DNA of 64,000 bases, taken from Octopus sinensis. Taxonomy: Eukaryota. Within the stretch, counting starts at the first letter, position 1; every line of letters starts with the position of its first letter. Of the stretch, positions 25,321 through 38,422 are shown in pieces. The position numbers and the translations under genes are program-made. Below the pieces are notes generated by a model, which saw only the letters and a list, made by a program, of their open reading frames with translations, had not been told where the DNA came from and ran no database searches. Location: positions 34,844,001 to 34,908,000 of the forward strand of contig NC_043007.1 in the NCBI RefSeq assembly GCF_006345805.1, written 5' to 3'.

Positions 25321-27169
25321 GAGCCACCTGAAATAGCCATAATGCACCAATACCTGGATATCCTTGTTTCTTATTTGCTACATATATATATATAAAAGGG
25401 TGAAGGTGCATGGCTCAATGGTTAGAGCGTTGAGCTTACGATCGTGAGGATGTGAGCTTGAATCCTGGACCGGGCTGCGGTGAAGGTGCATGGCTCAGTG
25501 GTTAGAGCGTCAAGAAAAAGCAAAGGCCAATACAGCTTGGCACCAGTGATGTTGCAACTCATTTCTACTGCTGTGTGAATGAGAGCAATATGAAGTAAAA
25601 AGTCTTGCTCAAGAACCCAACATACAGACTGGTCTAGGAATTGAACACACTAACTCATGATTATGAGCCTGACGATCTCAAATATATGAGTGCATGATAG
25701 TGGGTGTGGTGTATGTATGTGTGTGTGTGTGTGTGCATGGAAATATGTGTGCACTAGTGCCTGCTACATGCACATGCATGCACAAACATATTTAGGCTGT
25801 ATGTATGGGTGTATGTATATAAGTATGTACATTCTTGAATTTTTTGTGTAAACGTATGAGTGTGTATGTGTGTGCGTATGGTTGGAAGTGTGTGTATGGG
25901 TGCTTGTGTGTGTGTGCATATACTTTCGTTATCTGTGTGCACATGTGACAGATGCATGCTAGTGTTTCAAGAGCAATGCTGGCTGGGTGTGGGTGGGTGG
26001 GGTGGGGTGGACTGAGGTTAGGTGGCATGGGAGGGGGGGAGACACCTACATAGACATGTATGTGTGAGTGTGCACGCATGTGTGTATGTACATTTTTGAG
26101 TTTGTGTATAAATGTAAAGACAATGTGTGCACATGTTTTTGGCTGGTATGTGTGTGTATATGTGTATACACTCACACACACACGGACACTCACACACACA
26201 CGGACACTCACACACAGGCGTTAAATGATGATGATGATGATGATACATATATACACACACATATACACATGCACAGACATCATGTGTATGTTTTCCATAT
26301 TTATGTGTGTGGGTGTGACAGATGCATCTTAGTGTGATTGCAACAGCTTTGCTGGGGTGGGGTGGGGTGGGGTGGGGCAGGGGAAAAATGGGCGTTGGAC
26401 TGAGGTTTGGTGGTGCAGGGGCAGGAATGTGCATATGCATGCATATGTAGGCGTGTGTGTACATAGATATTTGTGTTTGTGTGCATATCACATTTACAGA
26501 GGTGAAAGTAGTGGTTTGTAGAGGGTGCATGAGGTTTACGTGTCAGTCTGTGGTCTGCATAGGCATTGGTGGTCGGGGAACAGCTGATGTTTAGGTAGGA
26601 TATCTGGGTTCTGAACAGCCAGTGGTTTGAAGTTCACCAGGGGGGTGCACACATAGACACCACATCTGTTACGCCTGCACACATGTTAAAAGCATATATA
26701 CATGTGCACGAACACACTCACACTCACCCACGCACACACATTCACATCCCTATATGTTCTTCCAGACATACATACATGCACTCATATATTTACACACAAA
26801 CGCAAGAGTGTATATACACACATCAAACACACACACACACACCCATACGTACATCCTAAATATGTTTGCAAACTCACATATGTGTAGCAGGCACTAGCAC
26901 ACTCATATTCACATGCACACACACACACACACACTCACACATAAAACCAATAACATACATCCATGCATTCATTCATCTGGTGCACACACACATGCACACG
27001 CCCACACTCGTAAAACCTGTAAGATACACACATATGCACACAAACACTCATAAAACCAATAACATACATCCACATATTCATCTGGTACACACACACACTC
27101 ACATGCCCACACACACACACACACGCACTGGCCTTGCTTCAGCCAGCCCCCAGAAATTGTTTTTGATCC

Positions 27170-27870
27170 ATTAACATATAGTTTGGATTTTTCTACAATT
27201 TGTCACTTAATTGTATGAGGTGTGGAGTTGGTCCCCAAATCTCATATGTGTTGAGCCAACTTAGTGATTTTACTTTTGTCCATGTACCAGAAAGAAGCTA
27301 AGTTGTTAGCTTAATGACTTTTGGAGTTGCCTTCGGACAAACGCAATGTAATTCTTTTCATCGGTTAAGTTATCATGTAGAATCATTGTAATATCTGCCT
27401 CATATATGATGGAGTTTATCATGCACCCTTGGTCTAGTGGACAAATAAATGCATGAAAGATAACATATCATTTTAAAATCAAAGAAGTGCACCGCATTGC
27501 TGAATTCCAGATCTGAAATTTTCAGTAAATACAAACACATGGATAAGTTCTCTTTTGGCAAATTGGAGATTACCACTTGATTGAGCAACTGTATTATAGA
27601 TTTTTTACCCCTTCTGTTGATTCTACACTATCTATCTAGCCTTATGGATCTACATTTAAAGCGGGTACAACTCCAAGTCATTTTTCTGTTTTCCTTTCTG
27701 TTTTCTTTTTTCTTTTCACTGTTCCACTTTTTGAACCCACTTTCATGTTGTTTTTTTTTTCATGATTTCTCTTGTTCTGTTGTACTGGTTTGTAACTTGT
27801 ATAGGCCATGTGCCCAAGAGCCTGATTACTTGGAGATACTAAGCATATTTTAAAACCTGCCTAGGTGACT
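27170..27870 (-). pseudogene. Penelope-like element, degraded GIY-YIG endonuclease region
   Basis: The minus strand reads FICPLDQGCMINSIIYEADITMILHDNLTDEKNYIA and, further on, TKLAQHI*DL. Confidence 0.75.
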
Positions 27871-27920
27871 TCTTCAATGTATGAAACTATTAGCAGCTCA
27901 TTACTATATTACTATATTCA

Positions 27921-28148
27921 TTAACCCTTTCGTTACTGTATTAATTTTGAGATGCTCTGTGTTTCTTTCAATTACTTAAAATATAACAAAGAATTTAGTA
28001 AAATAACTTAGTTATCATTCAGCTAGTATTAGGTACATAAATTGTGACTAAGGTTTGGTGGAAGATTTTAATTCAAAACTTATGAAAACAAGACATTTGT
28101 ACTCAAAGCCAGAGCTGCTTTCAGCCAGGTTGGTAGTGAAAGGATTAA
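27921..28148. mobile_element. piggyBac-type MITE
   Basis: TTAA-CCCTTTCGTTAC ... GTAGTGAAAGGA-TTAA. Confidence 0.8.
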
Positions 28149-28216
28149 ACAGAATTTATTTCTCACCAGATGGAATACATACATTTTTTTATTGATCTTA
28201 CCTTAATGGAAAAGTA

Positions 28217-28253
<37 letters not shown>

Positions 28254-28949
28254 TATAACACCAAGTAAGTTAGGGGTTGTGGATCCAACCCACTAAGGGA
28301 TAATACTTATCCAATATACTGTTGGTATAATACCCAATTATTAATACATAAACACGAGTGTTTTTAATTGCAATGCAATAAACTTACTTATTGTATTAAA
28401 TGGGTGAAGGTAAAGAAATATTTTACCATTAATTTATATTACAAATAAGAAAATGGAGAAGCACATTAGTTGGTTCATTAGCGATTTTAAAAGTGCAACT
28501 CAAAGTAGATAAAACTGCAAAATAATTGGGTATAAAAGCCCATGGGTGGCAAAAGTCGAAGACTGCCTGTAGAATTTGAATCCACATTTTCTTAAACATG
28601 ACAGATATTCCACCATATAAACAGTATATAATACATATTCAATACTGATCATTGATAAAAAAAAAAAGTACTATCCATAAGAAAAAAACACACCACTTTC
28701 TATTATTTCTCATTTTCCAAATTTCGTTAACTTAGAGGTTGAACTCATATATTCAGCCAATCATCATAAGTGTACAATGACCCAGTGAAGCAGCTGACCA
28801 ATCATGATTGACGTATTAAATGGATGAAGACCCAAGGTGTTAGTGCCCACAATTTCCTGACCTCAACAAAAGCTCTTCTATTTTTGTTAATTTCTAAATT
28901 TTTTTGTATAATGCATATTGTCTCTCAGTCTGAGTGCTACAGAAGGTAA

Positions 28950-29135
28950 TGCTATGAAATGAGAATTTACAAAATAACAAAAGACGAAGACAGATGTATA
29001 AACAACAAATAGATGTATTAGTTTAACGCTCAGGAAGTGAGAAAGTCTTTTACATTTCGAGCCTACGCTCTTCAACAGAAAGGAACACAGAAATAAACAA
29101 GGAGAGAAAATAGAAAAAGGTTTAGTGGCTTGCAA
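28950..29135 (-). mobile_element. (TA)n-associated pLTR-like repeat with a hammerhead-like variant; relatives at 35740-35910, 51340-51420, 58385-58450, 22045-22140
   Basis: Shared AGCGT(T/C)AAACTAATACA...CTGTCTTCGTCTTTTG sequence. Confidence 0.6.
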
Positions 29136-29139
29136 TCTA

Positions 29140-29550
29140 GTGCCACAGAATGTACTGTTATATAGTGTCACATAGTACCACAGAACATAATGTTACATTG
29201 GTCCACAGAATATTATGTTACACAGTGCCACAGAATGTTGTGTTATATAAAGCTATAGCTAGTAGTGTTACAGAGTTCCACAGAATATAGTATCAAATAG
29301 TACAAGAGAGTATAATGTTACATAGTACCACAGAATATAGTGTTACATAGTGTCACAAAATGATACATAGTGCCACAGAATGTAATGTTACATACTGTCG
29401 CAGGATATAGTGTTGCATTGTTCCACAGAATATATGTTACATAGTGCCATAGAATATAGTGATAAATAGTGTCACAGAATGTAATGTTACATAGTGCCAC
29501 TAAATGTAGTTTTACATAGTCACAGACAGTAGTGTTACAAAGTGCCTGAG
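29140..29550. repeat. ~25-bp degenerate minisatellite (CATAGTGCCACAGAATATAGTGTTA)n
   Basis: Recurring CACAGAAT...GTTACATAGT. Confidence 0.85.
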
Positions 29551-30014
29551 ACAGTAACGTTGCCTTGTGATACAGCTTCTAGGGTTATATTACTTTATTT
29601 ATGTGCCCTTTTCAAGCCTAGCCAGGCTCATGGGTCCGGTTTCCCAGTTGCTGTGGTATATGTGTTCCCTCCAGCTGGCCGGGATACCAGTCCATCGCAG
29701 CGTTACTCAAGAAACAGGAAGAAAGAGTGAGAGAAAGTTGGGGCGAAAGAGTACAACAGGGGTTGCCGCCACCCCCTGCCAGAGCCTCGTAGAGCTTTAG
29801 GTGTTTTCGCTCAATAAACACACACAACTCCCAATCCAGGAATCAAAACCGCGATCCTCCGACCACACGTCCGCTGCCCTAATCACTGGGCCATTGCACC
29901 TCAACATAGGGTTATATAGTGCTACAAAATGTAATGATAACACAAATACAAAATTTACACCAGGTACTGGGATGACATATTCTGTGACTGACACCAGTGA
30001 ACAATTTGATAGGT

Positions 30015-30200
30015 TTAACCCTTTAGTATTTAAACTGGCCACATCCAGCTCAAATATTCTGTTTTATGTTCAAACTGGCTAGATCTGACTACCCTACAAT
30101 GTCATTCTAAAAATATACAATCACATCTTTGAAGTGCCGAAACCGTGAGATAATGCATGATTAATTCTGAATAGTGTGAATTAAATCTATACTTACATTT
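30015..30200. mobile_element. piggyBac-type MITE, partial
   Basis: Starts TTAA-CCCTTTAG. The distal part resembles the reverse complement of 840-890. Confidence 0.55.
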
Positions 30201-30261
30201 GCAATCCAAACACAGCCCTAACAAATTAAGACCATGACACCATTTGATTCTTAGGTGCTTG

Positions 30262-30872
30262 AGGAGACCTATTCAGTCAAGTACATCAACATCAAAATAA
30301 ATATCAAATGGAATTTGTAGTTGTGATGCCTGTGCCGGTGGCACATAAAAAGCATCATCCGAACGTGGCCAATGCCAGCGCCGCCTTGACTGGCTTCTGT
30401 GCCGGTGGCTTGTAAAAAGCACCAATGATTGTGGCTGCTGCCAGCCTCCCCTGGCACGTAAAAAGCACCATCCGAACGTGGCCGATGCCAGCGCCGCCTT
30501 GACTGGCTTCTGTGCCGGTGGCACGTAAAAAGCACCAACCAATCGTGGACACTGCCAGCCTCCCCTGGCACCTGTGTGGGTGCCACGTAAAAATCACCAT
30601 CCGAATGTGGCCGATGCCAGCGCCGCCTTGACTGGCTTCTGTGCCGGTGGTACGTAAAAAGCACTAACCGATTGTGGCCGGTGGCACATAAAAAGCACCC
30701 ACTACACTCACGGAGTAGTTGGCATTAGGAAGGGCATCCAGCTGTAGAAACACTGCCATATCAGACTGGAGCCTGGTGCAGCCTCCTGGCTTCCCAGACC
30801 CCGATCGAATCGTCCAACCCGTGCTAGCACAGAAAACGGACGTTAAACGATGATGATGATGATGATGATGAT
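30262..30872 (+). mobile_element. SINE D with an internal higher-order (A/B) repeat array
   Basis: Seven GGCACGTAAAAAGCACC-like cores separated by alternating spacers. (GAT)n tail. Confidence 0.85.
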
Positions 30873-31453
30873 ATAAATTTACCAATACAGAACAACACAT
30901 GATGGTAATTGGAAATAATTAATGACTTTTGCGAAAATGCAGCTCAACTTTGAATGCAAATGGAATGGAATTGTCACCAAGAACATGATGAGGATGGGGA
31001 TCATTTTCCATTATGTAGAATTGTGCATTGTTTACACAACTTATAAATTCCAAAGTTGGCTAAGGCATTTGCTAGCTTTAGTTATTGTTGTTGCTACAAT
31101 GATTTCAGAACATTAAGAAGAAAACAGAGAAAATCATTCAGTGTCAGGTAGGTATGGATGGAGATGCAATTTAGAAGCTTACTTTTTGAGCCTATTTGTA
31201 TACTTTAATAGAAGCGATTTCATTTGACTATACCCATGGAATATGCAAAAAAAAAAGGTGAGCACGTGCTTTTGTGTTTACAGCTGAACATAATTATGCT
31301 TCTGCCAATTAGCAAGCTGTGAACACAGAACCATGTGACTGCCTGCTTTTGCGTCTCGCAGTTGTGTAGTCTAACAATATTGTATTCATTAAAAAGTATT
31401 TGCTGGTTCAAAGGTTTTAAACTGTACATTCTGGTTTGATAAACATGTGCTTA

Positions 31454-31843
31454 TCTCTCTCTATATAAAGCTGAAGTTGTCTGTGTATGGCAGGTTTGGT
31501 AGCCTTCAACTAACACTATCTCCTCCAAGACTCTGCAGCGCAAGTTGACCAAAATTGAGAGTATGATAGAAGAAGGCTTGCTCTTCCTTCCCTAGAAGAA
31601 AAAATTCAAATCAGACCATGTCAAGGCCAAAAATTATTTACATCAAAAAGGTGCTTTTTTTCAATGAATCCCTATTTTTTACGATTTTTTGACTGCTGTG
31701 TCGCCATTTTTCGGTGTATTTCAACCAGAAAAATGTTCACTTAAAGAGAATAACAAGCTACATAATGCAAAATTTTTACTTTTCAAAAATTCCAATTCTA
31801 AAGGGTCAAAACAAACCCAAGCAACACTGGGTGATACTGCTAG
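31454..31843 (+). mobile_element. Non-autonomous Helitron, family H1
   Basis: A|TC ... hairpin ... CTAG|T. Confidence 0.8.
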
Positions 31844-32349
31844 TTTATCATAAACATACTTTTATATGTTGTTCCAGAGCATCTCAAAATATATACGGTA
31901 GGAAAAGTGTTAATGTCCTTTGTCTGAAATTTTTCATTACATATCCTGTAACCTCTTCAGCTACCCTCCATCCCATGTGTCTCCAGTTCTGCTTAGTCCC
32001 ACATGTCTCCTCCTGTTCTGTTTAGTGCAATTTATTGTACCTAAACATTTACAAAAAAAATCTTACTTGGGCCCTCAAGGATCATATGAACCTCAGTTGA
32101 GAACTACTGCCATAGTCAGTGTTACATCCTATAAAGCAAGCAAAAGTCCTGTTGTCATTTCTGCTTACTACATGACTTGAATTTTGGGGTACTCTGGTCA
32201 GTTGGTGACAGACACCTTGACCTAGTGTAAATTTCTATTGCATAATATAATTTGTACCTTCACACACACATCTGCAGATGATATCCTGGAGCAGCTGAGG
32301 TCTAATGAACTCAAAATGATAAATTTTTCCTGCAAACAACACTAGGAAT

Positions 32350-32965
32350 GTGCTGAAAATAGACTCACTCAAATGTCTGGGGAGATCTTCAGGAGTAGTA
32401 GATCATTTCCATTACTTAGGTGACCAAATTAGCAGTGAAGGACGGAGCTCTGATATCATATTTGCTAGAATAAGAACAGGCTGGGCAAAGTTCAGAGAAC
32501 TCTTACTGTTGTTGGTAACAAAGGCCTCTCCTTCAGAGTGAATGACAGATTGTATGATGTCTGTGAATGAATAGCCATGTTATAAGATAGTGAGATATGG
32601 GCTGCACCTACTGAGGACATATGAAGGCTTGAAAGAAATGAAGCCAGCTTGCTCTGCTAGATGGGAAATGTTACTGTGCGTGTATGACAGAATGTAAATG
32701 ATTTAAGAGAAAAATTGGGAACAAGAGGCATCAGATGTGGTATACAAGAGAGATGACTGCACTTGTATGTGTCATATGATGTGTATGGATGAGGGCACCT
32801 ATGTAAAGAAATGCTGATCTTTATTTGTGGAGGGAACATAAAGAATGAGTAGCCCTAGGAAGAAGTGAGGTGAAGTGGTAAGGAAGAATCTTCAGATGCT
32901 AGGCCTCACTGAGAAGATGACAAAGGATCAAGACTCCAGGTAATTTGCTGTGCTTGAGAAGACAC
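32350..32965 (+). mobile_element. Degraded RTE LINE 3' region
   Basis: VVDHFHYLGDQISSEGRSSDIIFARIRTGWAKFRELL. Confidence 0.8.
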
Positions 32966-34126
32966 ATTAAGCTAAGTAAAATCATGGCCATCTGTTCATA
33001 TAGACATGTCCCTCTGTCAACTGAGAGGTCCTCATTCTGTGGGCTCATGGGTGCTGATGCTACCTAAAAGCACCCATATTTATTTCTTTACTACCCACAG
33101 GGGGACAAACAAGGACAGACAAACGGATTAAGTCGATTATATCGACCACAGTGCATAACTGGTACTTATTTAATCGACCCCCAAAAGGATGAAAGGCAAA
33201 GTCGGCCTCAGCGGAATTTGAACTCAGATATAGCGGCAGACAAAATACCGCTAAGCATTTCGCCTGGCGTGCTAATGTTTCTGCCAGCTCGCCGCCTTTA
33301 AAAGCACCCATACTAATGCCATGTAAAAAGCACCTGCACTGGTACTGGTGCCACATAGGAAGCACCTGTTCTGGTACCGGGTAAAAAACCCACCCATACC
33401 AGTGCTACATGAAATGCATTTATGCCCATGATCCATAACATGCACCTGTGTCAGTGTCACATATAAAGCACTTATGCTGGTGCCACATAAAACGCTTCCA
33501 GTACACTCTGTAATGTGGTTGATGTTAGGAAGGGCTTCCAGTCATGGAAGCTATGCCAAAACAGACAACTGACACCTGATGTGGCTTTCTTTCTAGCCAG
33601 CTCCTGTCAAACTGTTCAACCCATGCCAACATGGAAAACAGACATTAAACAATGATGATGACACACACACCCTGCACATGCATGCACACACACAATAGCC
33701 ATTTTTTGTTTCAGCTTTTGCCCATCAAATCCACTTAGGGCTACAGGAGAAGACACTTGCCTAAGGCACTACACATTGTTTACATACATGCATGCATGCA
33801 TGCATACATACATACATAAAATAATAAATAAATGCACCCTTTCAAAGCCTAGCCAGGCGCATGAGCCCGGTTTCCCGGTTTCAATGGCATATGTGTTCCC
33901 CAGCTGGACGGGACGCCAATCCATCACAGTGTTACTCATTTTTGCCAGCTGAGTGGACTGGAGCAATGTAAAATGAAGTGTTTTGCTCAAGAACACAATG
34001 CACTGCCCGGTCCAGGAATCGAAACCACAATCTTATGATCATGGTACTGACACCCTAACGACTAAGCCATATGCCTCTACACATACATGCATACATCCAA
34101 ACATACATACATACATCATACATGCA

Positions 34127-34157
<31 letters not shown>

Positions 34158-34164
34158 GTACGTA

Positions 34165-34700
34165 CAGCAGAGCTTGAAGCTGTCCAACACCACTACACTA
34201 AAAAGAGTGAAACAGTGCTGAGGATGAGCTACAGGGAGAGGCTGAAAAAACTGTAACTTTACTCCCTGGAGCAAGACATGACATATATGTAATAATCCAC
34301 ATGTGGAAAACTCTAGAAGGGCTAGTACCTAATTTAAGCATCGAGTGTTATACAAATGCCAGAACTGGATGCCATTGTATTGTACAAAAGTTACCATCCA
34401 CTCCATCTAAATTCAGGACCAGATATTGCAATAGCCTAGGGTTCAAAGGCCCACAGTTTTTCAAGGCCTTGTCACAAAAATTAAGAAATCTGCATAAGGT
34501 GAAAGTAGATGTCTTCAAAAAGGAACTAGACATTCTCCTCTCCACAATGCCAGATGAACCAACAGCCCAGCATGAGGTACAGACAAGGGAAGCAGAATCG
34601 GATTTCTTTACACACCAAATGGGGCCAACAGTTGGGACAAAGGCGCATATACGGGAGTGGTGATGTGAAACACCCCAAACTGAGGAAGTCAGAAAGACCA
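34165..34700 (+). mobile_element. CR1-group LINE 3' fragment
   Basis: ELEAVQHHYTKK...MSYRERLKKL*LYSLE and WKTLEGLVPN...SLGFKGPQFFKAL...FKKELDILLSTMPDEP. Confidence 0.85.
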
Positions 34701-34784
34701 TGGTGATGGTCAAGTAAGACTGCAGCCACATAACTGAAACAAGTAAAAGAGTATATATACAGAGAGAGAAAGTTTAAAACTAGC

Positions 34785-34834
<50 letters not shown>

Positions 34835-34975
34835 TATATATACACATACTTACATCATACATACATACATACATATATATACACATAAATGTGTGTGCAT
34901 ATATATATGTATGTATATATATATATATACATGCATGCATACATACATACATACATAAATGTGTGTGTCTATATG

Positions 34976-35027
<52 letters not shown>

Positions 35028-35043
35028 AATATATATATATATA

Positions 35044-35085
<42 letters not shown>

Positions 35086-35141
35086 ATATATATATATACA
35101 TACATATATATATATACACATATATATATATATAAATACAT

Positions 35142-35201
<60 letters not shown>

Positions 35202-36027
35202 ACACACAGACATTTATATTTGTGCATGCATGTTTCTAATACTTCTGATAAGTCAGATCTATGTTTGGCTAATGCATTTAATATTGACATGTACTTAGGA
35301 ACTGTGTTACTTTCCCCACTTATTAGTCAACAACTTCTCACACGTTTGCCACAGACAGACATTGACATCACCAACATTTCACCACAATGCCCATCACCAT
35401 ATAAAACCTTTTAAAGATTAACTTTCCGACTTTCCATTAAGTCTTTTGTATTTATTTAATGTTGTTAACTTGAAAGCTAGGAGAGAACTGCATCATGAAT
35501 CTTACACAGTCACAGAAGCTGTTGAAGCTTTTGTTTAGCCCTAAGTCAAATGGAGTCGAATAGACAGACATATGCTCGGTAGTGATTCAGCAATGCTTAT
35601 TTCATCTTTTTACCTTTTCTCTTTTCTTTTTTTTTTAAGATGTAGTATATCTAGGAATACATTATACAATGTGTCACAGCTATTTCCTTTTTCTCTTAAC
35701 CCTTACTTTATATATATACATATATATATATATGTATATATGTATATATATTCTCTCTCTGTTTATTTCCTCATATTCCTTTCTGTTGTTGAAGAGTGCA
35801 GGCTTCAAACATAAAAGATATTCTCACTTTCCCAAGCGTCAAACTAATACACCTGCTTGTTGTTCATGCACCTGTCTATGTCTTTTGATTTTCTGTAAAT
35901 TTCAACTATATGTATGTATATATAATATATATATATATATACACATGTATACATACATATATATATCCCATGCTAGCATGGAAAGCGGACGTTAAACAAT
36001 GATGATGATGATATGTATGTATGCATG

Positions 36028-36094
<67 letters not shown>

Positions 36095-36256
36095 ATAATA
36101 TGAGGAAATATTATTCCAAACTTACAGGGAAAAATTCACTTTAGAAATACTAAATCAAATTTCACAAAATATAATATATGTATATATAAGTTAGAAAAAA
36201 AACACCTTTTATCAATTCAATAATTGATAATGTTTTCTAATTCTTTTATATATACA

Positions 36257-36712
36257 TACGAGGGGAAGTCAAAAATTATCTGCACTTTCACCATAACATA
36301 TCTTTATTATCGTCATTCTGTCTTCTGCACATGCGTGCTTATAGTTGGTACTATTGTGGTCACGTGATCAAAGTTTGGGCCTGATCATGCTTGTTTTCTT
36401 TCTGGCTTTACAGTGTAAACATGGCTGCTCCACTAGCAATGTGCACCAAAGAACAAAGAGCAGTGATCTGAGAGATGGTAATGGTGAACCGGTTCACCAT
36501 TACCATCTCTTGAGCTTGCTGAATCTTCTCATCAGTGGTGTAGGTTGACAGGTGTCCTGCTCTCTCTTCATGTGTCACACTCGTCCAGCCACTTTTAAAC
36601 TTCTCAATCCACTCATACACACTTCTACACGGTAGTGCACTGTCTCCGTATTGTGCAAAAAAGCCTCCGATGAATGTCAGCACCTGACACCCTTTCAACC
36701 GGAGAAATCAGG
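36257..36712. mobile_element. mariner 5' end with an internal inversion
   Basis: Terminus TA-CGAGGGGAAGTCAAAAATTAT. Plus strand MAAPLAMCTKEQRAVI. Minus strand AQYGDSALPCRSVYEWIEKFKSGWTSVTHEERAGH (mariner HTH region). Confidence 0.8.
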
Positions 36713-36721
36713 CCATTTGAA

Positions 36722-37806
36722 ATGGATAACCAAAAATTTCATATTCACATTGTAATGCTTTTCTTTTTTAAATGAGGTAAAAATGCTGCAAAGACTTCCG
36801 AAAGACTGTGGTGATGATACTGTAAGTAAATCAACTGTTCAAAGGTGATTTGGAAATTTTAAAGCTAGAAAATTTAGCCTGGAAGATGGCAGTCGCAGTG
36901 GTAGATCTTCAAAACTGGATGAAGTTGTTCTGAAGGCAAAAACTGAAGAAAACTCAAATATCATGACTAGAGAACTTGTAGAGGAGTTGGAACTTTCTTA
37001 AAGTACAGCTCATGAACACCTAATGAAGCTAGGATACATTTCTCGCTATAATCTATGGGTCCCTCACAAACTCTCAGAAAGAATTGCTGAGACTCGTATT
37101 CTGTTTGTGATATTCTTTTGAGAGGGAATGAAAGCAGACCTCTTTTGAAACAACTTGTGACTGGAGATGAAAAATGGATTGCCTACGAAAATGTAGTGCA
37201 AAAAAGATCCTAGATTTTGCATAAGGATCCCCCGAAAAAACAACCAAAGACAAATACCCATGCCGAAAATGCTATGCTTTGTGTTTTGTGGGATCATAAA
37301 GGCATTATTTATTATTAGCTTCTCCCACAAAAACAAACCATTAATATGCTGTTGTCAGCTGTCTAATTTGAACCAAAAACTCAAAGAATTGAGGCTAACA
37401 ATTGCCAACAGGAAAGGAGTGATGTTCCAAAGAAGACAATGCCTGAACACATGTGCCTTTGGCTACCTGAACAAAGTTACATGAACTTGGCTAAGATCTT
37501 TTACCCAATCCAACATATTCTCTTGATATTGCGCCATCTGACTGCCACTTGTTTTTGTCTCTACAGAACTCATTGCAAGGAATAACATTTAACAATTTAA
37601 ATGGATTCAAAATGCATCTAGATAACTTTTTTCTTCAAAACTAGTCAAAATTTATGCTGATGGAATATTTAAATTGCCTGATAGATGGGCAAAGGTTATT
37701 AATAATATTAGAAATTATTTCATTGAATAAAATTTACTAAAAGTCAATTATTTATATCCCATTTTGCATATTAAATAATGCTCAGAACTTTCCAGACAAC
37801 CTAATA
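36722..37806 (+). pseudogene. mariner (DD34D) transposase pseudogene with 3' TIR
   Basis: WVPHKL (~37057), LVTGDEKW (~37155), YSLDIAPSDCHLF (~37515). End AACTTTCCAGACAACCTAATA. Frameshifts and stops. Confidence 0.9.
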
Positions 37807-37835
37807 TTTGCTCTATATGTTTGTATGTATATATA

Positions 37836-38090
37836 TCTTAATATATAAAACAGAATTTGTGTGTGTGAGTGTTCCTTATGGATTTGAAAACTGAGTTACC
37901 AATTTTTATATATGAGGTATCAAAAGATTCAGTAATATTTCAACTACCAAATAAAGTACGTTTTTTGTACAACTCTTTTTCACTACAAAAATAACCTTGA
38001 AAATGAGGTCAGGTCGCACAATTTTGAGGTCTTTAGCTAAGGGAGACAACTTTGCTGGACACTACTCAATTTAACAACAATGTAAACACA
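37836..38090 (+). mobile_element. Probable Helitron 5' fragment
   Basis: Start A|TCTTAATATATAAAACAGAATTTGTGTGTG resembles the H1/H2 5' ends. Confidence 0.45.
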
Positions 38091-38422
38091 CACACAGATA
38101 TATATTAGGTGCAAGAATGACAGTGGTTGAGAAATTTGCTTCCCAACCACATTGTTCCATGTTCAGTCCCCCTGCATGGTACCTTGGGCAAATGTTTTCT
38201 GCTATAGCCCTAGGCCAACCACAACTTGTAACTGAATTTGGTTGACAGAAACTGCAGCGTTGTTAATCAGAAAATGACTCCAAAACATGTTTATGAAGAA
38301 GAGTTGTTTGCTTTGTACTCCTTGTGTATAAATGCTGCCCATAAGAAAGGAACAAATAATACAATGTGGCTGTAAGTCATAACACCTGGTCAATGCTGAG
38401 GTGCATTGCTAGTCGCGCAATG

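Noticed and set aside
30330-30700. CRISPR array (conserved repeat with spacers)
   Set aside because: The spacers recur in A/B alternation, the array lies inside a eukaryotic SINE, and there are no cas genes.
34710-35290. YI/CV/HT-repeat ORFs here and at 9694, 16886, 22614, 26018, 46526, 51006, 60457
   Set aside because: Di- and trinucleotide repeat translations.
35342-35407. Minus-strand exon candidate VLYGDGHCGEMLVMSMSVCGKR (similar weak case at ~57750-57812)
   Set aside because: Weak splice signals and no recognisable homology.
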